From positions 1 through 41,351 of IMG/VR virus record IMGVR_UViG_3300030376_000859: a stretch of 41,351 bases of DNA; one strand, written 5' to 3'. Under the pieces are notes generated by a model. The model worked only from the letters and a program-made list of their open reading frames with translations. It made no database searches and was not told where the DNA came from. Below, piece after piece: positions 6,560-16,163 of this stretch. This stretch comes from a virus (lineage: Duplodnaviria > Caudoviricetes). The translations under genes were made by a program, and so were the position numbers. Every line of letters begins with the position of its first letter. Within the stretch, counting starts at the first letter, position 1.

Positions 6560-7760
6560 CAAACAAATACTGGGCTTCTGTCTTGATGCCGACTTCTTTG
6601 GTCGTGTAAAGAACATTATAGACAGGACTATGTTCGAACGAGAAATGCGTGACATATTTGACACACTATCTTACTCACATGGTAAATATGGTAAAGACTT
6701 AACTATTGCTGAACTGTCCACGCTGTTCAATGATAGAAACCCTGCTATGCCGGAAGCCACCCGAAACAAAGTACAATTAGTAATTCACACACTAGATAAG
6801 GGTAATGTTGATAATTCTGATCTACATCTTGATCTGGTACATAACTTCTGGTTGCGTGATCGTGCGCGGCTAATTGGTGAGAAAGCCATTGACATCTTTA
6901 CGGGTGACAGTGAGGAGTTTGGTGAACTACGTCGATTGATTGAGACTGTAGAAGATGGTCGCATTAGTGACAAAACTACCTATACTAAAGTTGAAGATGA
7001 CTTTGAACAACTATTAGAGGACGAAGCTGGTGACCCTGATTTCCCGTTCACTTACGATCTAATCGGTGAGCATATAGCGGGGTTAGATCGTGGTAACTTA
7101 GGTATATTGTTTGCCCGTCCAGAAGTTGGCAAGACAACGTTCTGTTGCTTCCTTGCAGCTTCCTATATAAAACAAGGGTTTAAGGTTACCTATTGGGCTA
7201 ATGAAGAACCAGCCCCCAAGATTAAGTTGCGTATCATACAATCATATTTTGCTTTGACACGGGAAGAGATGGTAAATCAGAAGGATAACTTGGGTATAAT
7301 TTACAAACAAGCTATTGAACCCCTGCTAACTATCATGGATTCTGTTGGCACCTCTGTAGAAGAGGTCGATGAATACGCCAAGCTAAACAAGCCTGACGTT
7401 ATGTTTTGTGACCAGCTAGATAAGTTTCGTATATCTGGCGAGTACAATCGTGGGGATGAACGTCTCAAGGAAACGTATGTTGTTGCACGTGAAATAGCAA
7501 AACGAAACCGACTATTGATGTGGGCGGTTAGTCAGGCAAGCTACGAAGCACACGACAGGCAGTGGATTGACTATGCTATGCTTGACAACTCACGCACCGG
7601 TAAGGCTGGCGAGGCTGACATAATCATTGGTATAGGCAAGACCGGCTCTAGTGAGGTTGAGAATACTGTACGACACATCTGCATATCAAAGAATAAGCTA
7701 AACGGTTGGCATGGTATGATCAACGGGCAAATAGATATTGATCGTGGGGTGTATTACTAA
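6531..7760 (+). CDS. DnaB/gp4-like replicative helicase
   Basis: Walker A ARPEVGKT, FCDQLD, VSQ, ADIIIGI, SKNK. Confidence 0.9.
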   Translation: MTSYDPISIDKQILGFCLDADFFGRVKNIIDRTMFEREMRDIFDTLSYSHGKYGKDLTIAELSTLFNDRNPAMPEATRNKVQLVIHTLDKGNVDNSDLHLDLVHNFWLRDRARLIGEKAIDIFTGDSEEFGELRRLIETVEDGRISDKTTYTKVEDDFEQLLEDEAGDPDFPFTYDLIGEHIAGLDRGNLGILFARPEVGKTTFCCFLAASYIKQGFKVTYWANEEPAPKIKLRIIQSYFALTREEMVNQKDNLGIIYKQAIEPLLTIMDSVGTSVEEVDEYAKLNKPDVMFCDQLDKFRISGEYNRGDERLKETYVVAREIAKRNRLLMWAVSQASYEAHDRQWIDYAMLDNSRTGKAGEADIIIGIGKTGSSEVENTVRHICISKNKLNGWHGMINGQIDIDRGVYY

Positions 7761-8074
7761 TGCCAGCCAGAACAAAAGAACAGAGAGCTAACAAGGTCAA
7801 CTACGCCAAAGCACGTAGAACACGCCGCAAATACTGGTTAACGAAGTACAAGCTTGCAAAGGGCTGTGCGTGGTGTGGCTACAAGGAGTACGGTGGTTCT
7901 TTAGATTTTGATCATATAGACAGGGATACTAAAATTAGACCTGTATCTAGGATGACACTAGGCACACTAAAGAACTTGATCTTAGAGGTTAGAAAGTGTA
8001 ATGTCTTGTGTAGAAATTGTCACCAGATGAAAACAGAATTAAACCGCGACTATACCAATAAGGAAATGAGATGA
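7760..8074 (+). CDS. HNH endonuclease-like protein
   Basis: CAWC, DFDHID, CNVLCRNCH. Confidence 0.75.
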   Translation: MPARTKEQRANKVNYAKARRTRRKYWLTKYKLAKGCAWCGYKEYGGSLDFDHIDRDTKIRPVSRMTLGTLKNLILEVRKCNVLCRNCHQMKTELNRDYTNKEMR

Positions 8075-8235
8075 GTAAAAAAAGAAAAGAAAAAGTGGAT
8101 ATACATTTAGGGTGTCCTAGCTGGCCTAATTGTGACTTAGCACCTCTAGGCTGTATAGTAGAGATGGGTTCGAGTGTAGAATGGTACGGTTTCAAAGACC
8201 CAAAACCAGTTAAAAGAAAAGAAGAAGACGAATGA
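8071..8235 (+). CDS. 54-aa Cys-containing protein (not in ORF track)
   Basis: MSKKRKEKVDIHLGCPSWPNCDLAPLGC...; ATGA overlaps at both ends. Confidence 0.7.
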   Translation: MSKKRKEKVDIHLGCPSWPNCDLAPLGCIVEMGSSVEWYGFKDPKPVKRKEEDE

Positions 8236-8816
8236 ATATACTAACCTTCGACGTAGAGACAACTCACATACACAAAGAAAGTGGCGGCACTACTGCTCTA
8301 CCTTACTTTGGAAACCGACTCGTTTCTATTGGGTACAAGCGTCTGTCATCCCCACACGTACACTACCACTGTTACTACCATGCAGACAGAGAACCACACG
8401 ACTTTGCTTCTGAGTTATTTCAAGAAGCACTTGACGAAACCGACATGGTTGTGGGGCAGAATATAAAGTTTGATCTCTCTTGGATTAGAGAGTGTGGATT
8501 CAAATACGATGGAGAGGTTTATGATACGATGGTTGCTGAGTATATTTTATCGAAAGCCCAGCGTTGGCCTCTTGGACTTGCTGCTCTTGCAGAAAAGTAT
8601 GACGTTACCAAGAAGGAGAAAGACCTTGTGGAGCCGTACCTCAAAAACGGCAAGACGTTCTACGACATACCGTGGGAGATAGTAGAAGAGTACGGAAAAG
8701 CTGACGTACTTGCTACTGAAGAGATTGCACTTAAACAGCTTGATGCCTTTGGCACTACCTTTGAGGAACTATGCTATGGAACGGACTTTACTGCCGACGC
8801 TAAGACTTTCGCTTGA
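8232..8816 (+). CDS. 3'-5' exonuclease (proofreading part of split DNA polymerase A)
   Basis: ExoI FDVET, ExoII GQNIKFD, YDTM, ExoIII YGKAD. Confidence 0.9.
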   Translation: MNILTFDVETTHIHKESGGTTALPYFGNRLVSIGYKRLSSPHVHYHCYYHADREPHDFASELFQEALDETDMVVGQNIKFDLSWIRECGFKYDGEVYDTMVAEYILSKAQRWPLGLAALAEKYDVTKKEKDLVEPYLKNGKTFYDIPWEIVEEYGKADVLATEEIALKQLDAFGTTFEELCYGTDFTADAKTFA

Positions 8817-10317
8817 GATGACTGACTCGCTTGCTCGTATAGAGCAAAACGGATTGAAGATAAACCTAGAAACCCTAGACCAGATTGAGCGAGAATATCA
8901 AGAGGAGATGGATGAACTAGAGGTTCGCCTAAACCAACTGGCAAGGGACGCAATGGGTGATACACCCATCAACTTATCTAGTCCAGATGATCGTAGCATT
9001 CTTTTATATTCACGAAGAGTAAAAGATAAACCAACGTGGTCACGGATATTTAACTTGGGTCACGAGAAGCGCGGAACAACCATGAAGCCAAAGCTTCGCA
9101 CACGGATGAAGCGTGGGGAGTTTAACGCTGCCGTTCGTAACATGACAGACGTTGTACATAAAACACGGGGTAGTAGATGTGCAGGGTGTGTTGGTTTTGG
9201 CAGGGTTCGTCCTGTCAACAAAAACGGACAACCTAGTAAGTTGCTTCGTATTTGCAAGCCGTGTGGTGGTACGGGTGTTATTTACCAGAGCACGGGTGAA
9301 GTAGCAGGATTCAAGCTTGTACCCCGCGATCCGATGGATACGGCATCCGCCGGATTTAAAACCGACAAGATTACCCTAGAAAACCGACAAACCGACTTGT
9401 CGGGGGATGCCCATGAATTTGTTGTTGCCTACGTGCGATATAATGCGCTTCGTACTTACCTGTCCACTTTTGTAGAAGGGATGAAAAACAATGTTGACGA
9501 AAATGGTTTTATCCATCCAGAGTTCATGCAGTGTGTTACGGCGACGGGTCGTCTTTCGAGCCGCAATCCTAACTTTCAGAATATGCCACGTGGAAATACC
9601 TTCGCTATACGGAAGGTTGTCGAGAGTCGCTTCGAGAATGGGCTTATACTTGAGGGGGATTACTCGCAACTAGAATTTAGGGTGGCTGGATTTCTTGCAA
9701 AGGATAGTCAAGCCTACGTCGATGTAAATGAGGGTACAGATGTTCACCAATACACTGCAGATATTATCGGATGTAGCCGCCAAGAAGCAAAGGCACATAC
9801 CTTCAAGCCTCTATATGGCGGAGTCACCGGAACCGACTCCCAACAACGCTACTACAGAGCCTTTAAACAAAAGTATGAGGGTGTCACCACTTGGCACGAG
9901 CAACTCCAGCGAGAGGCCGTCCAGCAGCGAGTAATCACCCTTCCAAGCGGCAGGCAGTACGCTTTTCCAGATGCGCGGTGGACTAAGTGGGGTACGGCTA
10001 CAAATCGAACGGCAATATGCAACTATCCTGTGCAGGGTTTTGCTACGGCAGACCTATTACCCGCCGCCCTAGTTCGATTAGAAAGAATGATGCGTAGGAG
10101 AAAACTTAATTCTGTAATTTGCAATACTGTCCATGATTCTATAGTGCTAGATGTACATCCAGATGAAAAAGATGCTTGTATCAAGTTGTTAGAGTACGCT
10201 ATGCTATCATTACCTACAGAGACAGTTAATCGTTATGGCATTGAGTATGATATGCCTGTCGGAATAGAATTAAAAATAGGAAAAAATTGGCTTGACTTGA
10301 CAGAAGTAGATCTGTAA
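8776..10317 (+). CDS. polA: DNA polymerase A polymerase domain with DnaJ-type zinc-finger insertion
   Basis: TGRLSS, DYSQLEFR, KAHTFKPLYG, NYPVQG, VHDS; CAGCVGFG...CKPCGGTG; GAGGA RBS at 8763. Confidence 0.9.
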   Translation: MERTLLPTLRLSLEMTDSLARIEQNGLKINLETLDQIEREYQEEMDELEVRLNQLARDAMGDTPINLSSPDDRSILLYSRRVKDKPTWSRIFNLGHEKRGTTMKPKLRTRMKRGEFNAAVRNMTDVVHKTRGSRCAGCVGFGRVRPVNKNGQPSKLLRICKPCGGTGVIYQSTGEVAGFKLVPRDPMDTASAGFKTDKITLENRQTDLSGDAHEFVVAYVRYNALRTYLSTFVEGMKNNVDENGFIHPEFMQCVTATGRLSSRNPNFQNMPRGNTFAIRKVVESRFENGLILEGDYSQLEFRVAGFLAKDSQAYVDVNEGTDVHQYTADIIGCSRQEAKAHTFKPLYGGVTGTDSQQRYYRAFKQKYEGVTTWHEQLQREAVQQRVITLPSGRQYAFPDARWTKWGTATNRTAICNYPVQGFATADLLPAALVRLERMMRRRKLNSVICNTVHDSIVLDVHPDEKDACIKLLEYAMLSLPTETVNRYGIEYDMPVGIELKIGKNWLDLTEVDL

Positions 10318-10320
10318 TAT
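10292..10320 (+). promoter_or_regulatory. probable sigma70 promoter
   Basis: TTGACT, 17 nt, TAATAT upstream of 10357. Confidence 0.55.
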
Positions 10321-10356
10321 CAATCTACAACCCTGAAATAAGGAGCATGAAGAATC

Positions 10357-11217
10357 ATGGAAACAGGAACAGAAGTAATGAATATGAACGAAATGGACGC
10401 AATCGTAGCAGCCTTTAATGCGGATGATACAGAAGCATTGATGGAAGCAAGTGGACAGTCGGCAAAACCGACTGGTCAGACTGGTTTACCACGTATTAAT
10501 ATTAATTATGACGCGGAGACAGAAGACGGTAAGTCACTGCCACGCGGTTCGTGGAAGATGTATATGGATGGTCGGTTTATCTACTCAGAAGAGGTAACTA
10601 TCCGTCCAATCCTTCGCACCTTTGAGTATAGTGTGTGGGATCAAGAGAGTGGCACCTTCTCCTCAAAGTCAGTACAGAAGCCTACTATATCTGGTATGTT
10701 TCCCGATACTGTAGGGGGAAATAAGTGTGGTCGCTTAACTCGTGATGAGGAAGATCGTCTAGCAAAAGATGATATTGAATACTTAAACTCACGAGCAGTA
10801 GTATGTAACCAAGTAATTTACCTAAAAGTGTCTGGATCATTTAAGGACGTTGATGGGAATGCGGTTGATGTTTCAGATCAGCCAGCGGTTGCTTACTTTA
10901 AGAGGTCTGGTTTCAAACCAATTAATGATTTCATTAATGGTCTGTCAAAGCAGAAGAAGTTAATGCAAAAGTGTGAAGTCTCCCTTACAACACACCGCCA
11001 TAAAAATGGAAGTGTAACCTTCTGGACTCCCGTTCCTACACTAAAATCGGAAGTAGCCATCTCAGATCAAGATAAAGAATTGATGGGTATGTTCGCAGAG
11101 ACTGTAAAAGGTCACAATGAAAATGTTATGAATCAGCATCGTGAAGCTGCAAAGCTGTTGTCTGATGACAGTGATATGGATTTGGCTGCGGATTTCGATA
11201 ATGCTAACGCTGCTTAA
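10357..11217 (+). CDS. putative ssDNA-binding protein
   Basis: Follows the polymerase; aromatic beta-rich core and acidic C-terminal tail; function inferred. Confidence 0.5.
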   Translation: METGTEVMNMNEMDAIVAAFNADDTEALMEASGQSAKPTGQTGLPRININYDAETEDGKSLPRGSWKMYMDGRFIYSEEVTIRPILRTFEYSVWDQESGTFSSKSVQKPTISGMFPDTVGGNKCGRLTRDEEDRLAKDDIEYLNSRAVVCNQVIYLKVSGSFKDVDGNAVDVSDQPAVAYFKRSGFKPINDFINGLSKQKKLMQKCEVSLTTHRHKNGSVTFWTPVPTLKSEVAISDQDKELMGMFAETVKGHNENVMNQHREAAKLLSDDSDMDLAADFDNANAA

Positions 11218-12094
11218 ACTACAAGACTTTCTGTTGAAAGCAACAGGGGGAGATGTAAAAGTCTCCCCCAATAATTTGCAAATCTTTGCAGATGAGTGTA
11301 AAGAGTCTGCTGCAAAACAACTAACACGAGAACGAGGTGCGTTCCGTCTTCGGATGTCAGGATTAGGTCGTCCACTCTGTCAACAGGTACTGGACAAACA
11401 TGGCATCAAAGAGGAGATGGAGTACAATGCTTTGTTTCGTTTTTTATTTGGTGACTTAACAGAAGCAGCAATGATGCTGATGATGAGAGAAGCCGGAATA
11501 GAAATTGTAGATTTTCAAAAAGAAGTAGAATTAAAAATAGCTGGGGTTATTGTAAAAGGAACCTTAGATGTAATATTGCGAGATGAAACAGGACAGGATA
11601 AAGTCTGGGACATAAAATCAGCAAGTGACTGGGCATTTAATTATAAATTTACTGGCTTGGGTGGTTATGATAAATTAAAAGAAGATGATCCGTTTGGGTA
11701 TTTGATGCAAGGGTTTTTATATAGTGAGGCAGTTGGTTTACCGTTTGGTGGTTGGATTGTTGTTAATAAGTCTAGTGGCTTGATAGCAGTTGTTGAGGTT
11801 CCAGATTGGTCGCAGGACGATAAAGAGCACTATCTGAAGGATGCAGCGGAGCGTGTTAAGTTTCTTAACAACCCAGATGTAAAGCCCTTCAAACCATTTA
11901 AACCTATTGCTGAAACCTACAAGAACAAGGGTGAAATTATTTCTACGGGTAACAAGTTATTACCTCGTGAGTGTAACTTATGTGGATATCGCCACCACTG
12001 TTGGCCTAAAGCTATTTTACATGATAGGGTAACATCACGAGCAAAGTCACCACCTCAAGTATGGTACTCAACACTTAAAAGAGTGGAGCTGTGA
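11201..12094 (+). CDS. PD-(D/E)XK exonuclease (Cas4/RecB-like)
   Basis: RMSGLG, GTLD, WDIKS, Q-x3-Y and C-terminal CNLCGYRHHC. Confidence 0.8.
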   Translation: MLTLLKLQDFLLKATGGDVKVSPNNLQIFADECKESAAKQLTRERGAFRLRMSGLGRPLCQQVLDKHGIKEEMEYNALFRFLFGDLTEAAMMLMMREAGIEIVDFQKEVELKIAGVIVKGTLDVILRDETGQDKVWDIKSASDWAFNYKFTGLGGYDKLKEDDPFGYLMQGFLYSEAVGLPFGGWIVVNKSSGLIAVVEVPDWSQDDKEHYLKDAAERVKFLNNPDVKPFKPFKPIAETYKNKGEIISTGNKLLPRECNLCGYRHHCWPKAILHDRVTSRAKSPPQVWYSTLKRVEL

Positions 12095-12474
12095 TGCCAT
12101 ACTTATTCGTAAAAAATTATGAAGTAGAGTTGATGCAGATGAATAAAAGTCTGTATCATCTATATATAGAGTCTGTTAAAAATTCTGGTGGGGAGAGGCG
12201 TATATGTCAGATGCGTATTCACGAAAACGGCTTACCGCTCACACTCGTTGAAAATTACAGCAAAGAGGGACAACTTCTTGCTGAAACCGACTCACGAGAT
12301 ATCAAGACTGTAGAAGAACAATTACAGAAAATAAGTAGAACTTCATTTTCAGGGGCTTATGTATGTGTGCCGATGCACCCTTTAACAACAGAACTTACCA
12401 ATTTAGAAAGACTATCCCCAAAACTGGCAGGGTATGTAATAAAAAGACTACATTCGATAGGGATAGAGTTTTGA
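12094..12474 (+). CDS. hypothetical protein
   Basis: Stop/start overlap; GGAG RBS. Confidence 0.7.
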   Translation: MPYLFVKNYEVELMQMNKSLYHLYIESVKNSGGERRICQMRIHENGLPLTLVENYSKEGQLLAETDSRDIKTVEEQLQKISRTSFSGAYVCVPMHPLTTELTNLERLSPKLAGYVIKRLHSIGIEF

Positions 12475-12848
12475 AAAAGGCAGGATACAGGTCGCAGTTT
12501 GAGCTAAACATAGCTAGAACATTGACGGAAAATAAGGTTCCGTTTAAGTACGAGGAAACAAAGTTTCAGTATATACCTGAACCGCGCAACTATACACCTG
12601 ACTTTTACCTAGAAGAGTCGGGTATATTTGTTGAGGCAAAGGGACACTTAACAAGAGAAGATAGAGTTAAAATGTTGTTGGTAAAAAAACAACATCCTGA
12701 TATAGATATTCGCTTTGTATTCCTTCGTGCATCAAATAAGATATATAAAAACAGCAAGACTACGTATTCTGCTTGGTGTGAACGACACAACTTTATATGG
12801 GCTGAAGGCTCTATTCCAACAGATTGGTGTAAAAAAAATGGCAAATGA
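12471..12848 (+). CDS. endonuclease I / Holliday junction resolvase (T7 gp3-like)
   Basis: GYRSQFE, YTPDF, VEAKG, DIRFVF; TTG start inferred from stop overlap. Confidence 0.9.
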   Translation: MKKAGYRSQFELNIARTLTENKVPFKYEETKFQYIPEPRNYTPDFYLEESGIFVEAKGHLTREDRVKMLLVKKQHPDIDIRFVFLRASNKIYKNSKTTYSAWCERHNFIWAEGSIPTDWCKKNGK

Positions 12849-13191
12849 TAATGATATAGAAAAGAGTATAGAAGCTATGTCGCTGTTACCTGACAGATAT
12901 TATATAATCCTACGTTCAGAAGGTGATAATGAGTTTACTTTATCCGCCTACGACACAACTAACAAAACGTATGAGGACGATGAAGATTTTGATTCTGCTA
13001 TGGTTATTCAAGAGGGTGTTTTGGAGATGATTAGAACTCAGACTGAAGACTTGTATGATAGGGGGGTAGCTGCGATAAAATTTAGAATTGTGGGTCAGGA
13101 GATAATAGAAGAAGAAAATATAACAGACCCTAGAATTACCAAGACTGTGGAAGGTAATGTAGTTAAAGTAGACTTTGGTACAGAACAATGA
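12838..13191 (+). CDS. hypothetical acidic protein
   Basis: MAND start; ends NVVKVDF. Confidence 0.7.
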   Translation: MANDNDIEKSIEAMSLLPDRYYIILRSEGDNEFTLSAYDTTNKTYEDDEDFDSAMVIQEGVLEMIRTQTEDLYDRGVAAIKFRIVGQEIIEEENITDPRITKTVEGNVVKVDFGTEQ

Positions 13192-13508
13192 ACTTAAATG
13201 AGTATCAAACTAAAGCAGCAGCTACTGCTGTGTACCCCGATGAATACAAGATAATTTATCCCACGTTGGGATTGTCGGGAGAATCCGGCGAGTGCGCCGA
13301 CAAGTTGAAAAAGTATTACAGGGACGGTAATCCCTCTCTTTTCTATAAAGATGACCTTGCAAAAGAAGTTGGAGATGTGCTATGGTACGTTGCAATCTTG
13401 GCAAGAGACTTAGGCTACAGCTTAGAAGAAGTCGCGCAGATGAACCTCGACAAGTTAGAGGATCGTATGATTCGTGACAAGCTACAAGGCAGCGGTGATG
13501 ATAGATGA
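13188..13508 (+). CDS. mazG: MazG-like NTP pyrophosphohydrolase
   Basis: GLSGESGE...KEVGDVLWY...NLDKL. Confidence 0.85.
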   Translation: MNLNEYQTKAAATAVYPDEYKIIYPTLGLSGESGECADKLKKYYRDGNPSLFYKDDLAKEVGDVLWYVAILARDLGYSLEEVAQMNLDKLEDRMIRDKLQGSGDDR

Positions 13509-13858
13509 GACACGAAGAATTTATGAGGCGACAGATGCAAAATTCACAAATGAACGCATGGAATAACTGGGCAAACTCTAGGCCTAGCAAAGAAGATGAA
13601 AACGAACAAGCCGGAAAAGAAGCGTACGGAGATTTAGATATTGTCAATAATCCGCCACACTATAATCAAGCAGATATCGAATGCATTGACGCAATCGAGG
13701 CGGCGTTGTCTCCAGAAGAATTACGAGGGTACTACAAGGGCAGTATCTTCAAGTACACGTGGCGAGAAAGACATAAAAACGGAGACGAAGATATCGCCAA
13801 GTGCAAATGGTACACTAATAGACTGTTAACAATTAAAAACCGACTCAAAGGAGAATAA
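13505..13858 (+). CDS. DUF3310 protein (T7 gp1.7-like nucleotide kinase family)
   Basis: VNNPPHY, IECIDAI, KYTWR..HKNG.ED..K..WY. Confidence 0.8.
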   Translation: MRHEEFMRRQMQNSQMNAWNNWANSRPSKEDENEQAGKEAYGDLDIVNNPPHYNQADIECIDAIEAALSPEELRGYYKGSIFKYTWRERHKNGDEDIAKCKWYTNRLLTIKNRLKGE

Positions 13859-13862
13859 AGAC

Positions 13863-15791
13863 ATGAACAACATGTTGCCAACACCATATCAACAATTCAT
13901 TCACAAATCACGCTATGCTCGTTGGTTAGACGACGAACAGCGCAGAGAGAACTGGGATGAGACTGTATCTAGATATGTCAACTTTATGGCTAATCATTTA
14001 TCTAGTAAACACAACTATAAGCTCTCTGAGTCACTAAAGAATGAGATTGAAGATGCAATTTTGAGTCTGAGAGTCATGCCTAGTATGAGAGCAATGATGA
14101 CTGCTGGTGATGCTTTGGGACGTGATAATGTGTGTGGTTATAATTGTAGTTACATTCCTGTAGATAGTCCCCGTGCGTTTGATGAGTGTATGTATATATT
14201 GATGTGTGGCACTGGTGTCGGTTTTAGCGTTGAAAAAGATAACGTCAATAAACTCCCTGTTGTGTCAGATAACTTTAATGAGTCAGACACTGTAATTAAG
14301 GTAGGAGATAGCAAACCGGGATGGGCAAAAGCCTATCGGGAATTGATTGCGTTGCTTTATGCAGGTCAAATTCCTACGTGGGATGTTTCGGGTGTTCGTG
14401 CTGCAGGTGATCGTTTGAAAATTATGGGTGGTCGTGCAAGTGGCCCCCAGCCGTTAGTTGAACTATTTAATTTTACAGTGGAAATTTTTAAGAAAGCACG
14501 AGGTCGTAAATTACTTCCTATAGAATGTCACGACCTTATGTGTAAGGTAGGCGAAATTGTCGTTGTGGGTGGCGTTCGCCGTTCAGCTTTAATTAGTCTG
14601 TCCGACATAGAAGACAGGGATATGGCTCGTGCAAAGGCAGGGAAATGGTGGGAGACAGAGAAACAACGTGCGTTGGCTAATAACTCTGTAGCCTACGCTC
14701 GTAAGCCGGACATTGGCACATTTATGGAAGAGTGGGTGTCCCTGTACACTAGCAAATCTGGTGAGCGTGGTATGTTCAATCGTGAAGCAGCAGACAAGCA
14801 CGTTGCTCGTAATGGAAGACGACAGACAGGACACATGTGGGGTACGAACCCTTGCAGTGAGATAATCTTACGCCCGTACAGTTTTTGTAATTTGTCAGAG
14901 TGCGTAGTTCGAGAATACGATTCTTTAGATGACCTAAAAGAAAAGATACGTATAGCGACTATACTAGGTACGATGCAGTCTACTTTAACTGACTACAAGT
15001 ATCTTAGAAAGATATGGAAAGACAATGCAGAGGAAGAGCGTCTTCTTGGTGTGTCTCTAACAGGTATTATGGATCATCCTGTTCTGTCAAAGAATGTAGA
15101 CAGTAAAAGATGGTTAACCGAAATGCGGGAGTACGCAGTAGAGGTAAACAAAGGATTTGCTAAATCTTTAGGCATAAACCAAAGCGTTGCAATCACATGT
15201 GTGAAACCGTCTGGAACGGTGTCTCAACTTGTAGATGCTGCTAGTGGGATTCACGCTCGACACAATGATTACTATATTCGTACAGTGCGCGGAGACAACA
15301 AAGACCCACTCACACAATTTTTGATTAACACTGGTGTGTACAACGAACCAGAGCATAACCAGCCGGATTCTACTACGGTATTTAGCTTTCCTACAAAGGC
15401 TCCCACTGGTGCTATAACACGTACAACAATGTCTTCTATAGAACAGCTTGAATTGTGGAAAACGTATGCTTTGTATTTTTGTGAACATAAGCCATCTGTT
15501 AGTATCACTGTTAAAGAACACGAGTGGATGGAAGTTGGTGCGTGGGTGTATGAAAACTTTGATATAGCATCTGGTGTTTCATTCTTTCCTTATGATGATC
15601 ACACCTATGTACAAGCTGTGTATCAAGACATTGATGAAGATGAGTACAACGAATGGATGCTAACATATGGTAATGTTGATATCGATTGGCAAAAGTTAAC
15701 AGACTTTGAAAAAGAAGATAATACTACAGGTTCCCGTGAACTTGCTTGTACTGCAGGCGTTTGTGAAGTTGTGGATTTAACGGCAGCATGA
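13863..15791 (+). CDS. nrdJ: class II (B12-dependent) ribonucleotide reductase
   Basis: MPSMR, YNCS, GTGVGF, VGGVRRSA, TNPCSE, CVKPSGT and C-terminal CTAGVC; no beta-subunit gene nearby. Confidence 0.9.
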   Translation: MNNMLPTPYQQFIHKSRYARWLDDEQRRENWDETVSRYVNFMANHLSSKHNYKLSESLKNEIEDAILSLRVMPSMRAMMTAGDALGRDNVCGYNCSYIPVDSPRAFDECMYILMCGTGVGFSVEKDNVNKLPVVSDNFNESDTVIKVGDSKPGWAKAYRELIALLYAGQIPTWDVSGVRAAGDRLKIMGGRASGPQPLVELFNFTVEIFKKARGRKLLPIECHDLMCKVGEIVVVGGVRRSALISLSDIEDRDMARAKAGKWWETEKQRALANNSVAYARKPDIGTFMEEWVSLYTSKSGERGMFNREAADKHVARNGRRQTGHMWGTNPCSEIILRPYSFCNLSECVVREYDSLDDLKEKIRIATILGTMQSTLTDYKYLRKIWKDNAEEERLLGVSLTGIMDHPVLSKNVDSKRWLTEMREYAVEVNKGFAKSLGINQSVAITCVKPSGTVSQLVDAASGIHARHNDYYIRTVRGDNKDPLTQFLINTGVYNEPEHNQPDSTTVFSFPTKAPTGAITRTTMSSIEQLELWKTYALYFCEHKPSVSITVKEHEWMEVGAWVYENFDIASGVSFFPYDDHTYVQAVYQDIDEDEYNEWMLTYGNVDIDWQKLTDFEKEDNTTGSRELACTAGVCEVVDLTAA

Positions 15792-15946
15792 ACTGTTGGC
15801 ACTGCACATACGCATTGACTTGGGGCGGTGACCATGATACAGATGATGATCCAGATCATTCTATGGTCACCAATCTTAGTTGTTCAAACTGTGGGGCTTT
15901 TGTTTTAGTTTATTTACCTAGAGATGAGGAAGAGAGAGATGGATAA
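15788..15946 (+). CDS. 52-aa zinc-ribbon protein (not in ORF track)
   Basis: MNCWHC..LTWGGDHD...NLSCSNC; ATGA overlap with nrdJ. Confidence 0.75.
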   Translation: MNCWHCTYALTWGGDHDTDDDPDHSMVTNLSCSNCGAFVLVYLPRDEEERDG

Positions 15947-16163
15947 AAAAAATACCATTAGCATTGATGGTACTGAAATTGACTACGAAGAACTAGAAGA
16001 CAAACAAAAGTATATGGTTAATCAGATCAAAGACCTGAACATAAAAATTGCAAACGCAGAATTTGTATTAGACCAGTTACGTATAGCACAGAACTCATTT
16101 ACCAACTTGCTTGTACAGTCTTTAAAGGAAGAATCAGATGATTCAGATAAAGATAACGCCTGA
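15939..16163 (+). CDS. hypothetical coiled-coil protein
   Basis: TISIDGTE followed by a heptad-like helix. Confidence 0.7.
   Translation: MDKKNTISIDGTEIDYEELEDKQKYMVNQIKDLNIKIANAEFVLDQLRIAQNSFTNLLVQSLKEESDDSDKDNA

Noticed and set aside
8710-8775. TTG start for the polymerase ORF, or a pseudogene call
   Set aside because: ATG 8776 has a good RBS and all catalytic motifs in both halves are intact
11201-12094. CRISPR-associated Cas4
   Set aside because: Stand-alone phage PD-(D/E)XK exonuclease in a replication context; no array or cas1
13863-15791. Class I RNR, or an intron/intein in the gene
   Set aside because: No beta subunit; class II-type C-terminal Cys pair; continuous ORF with no intein motifs seen
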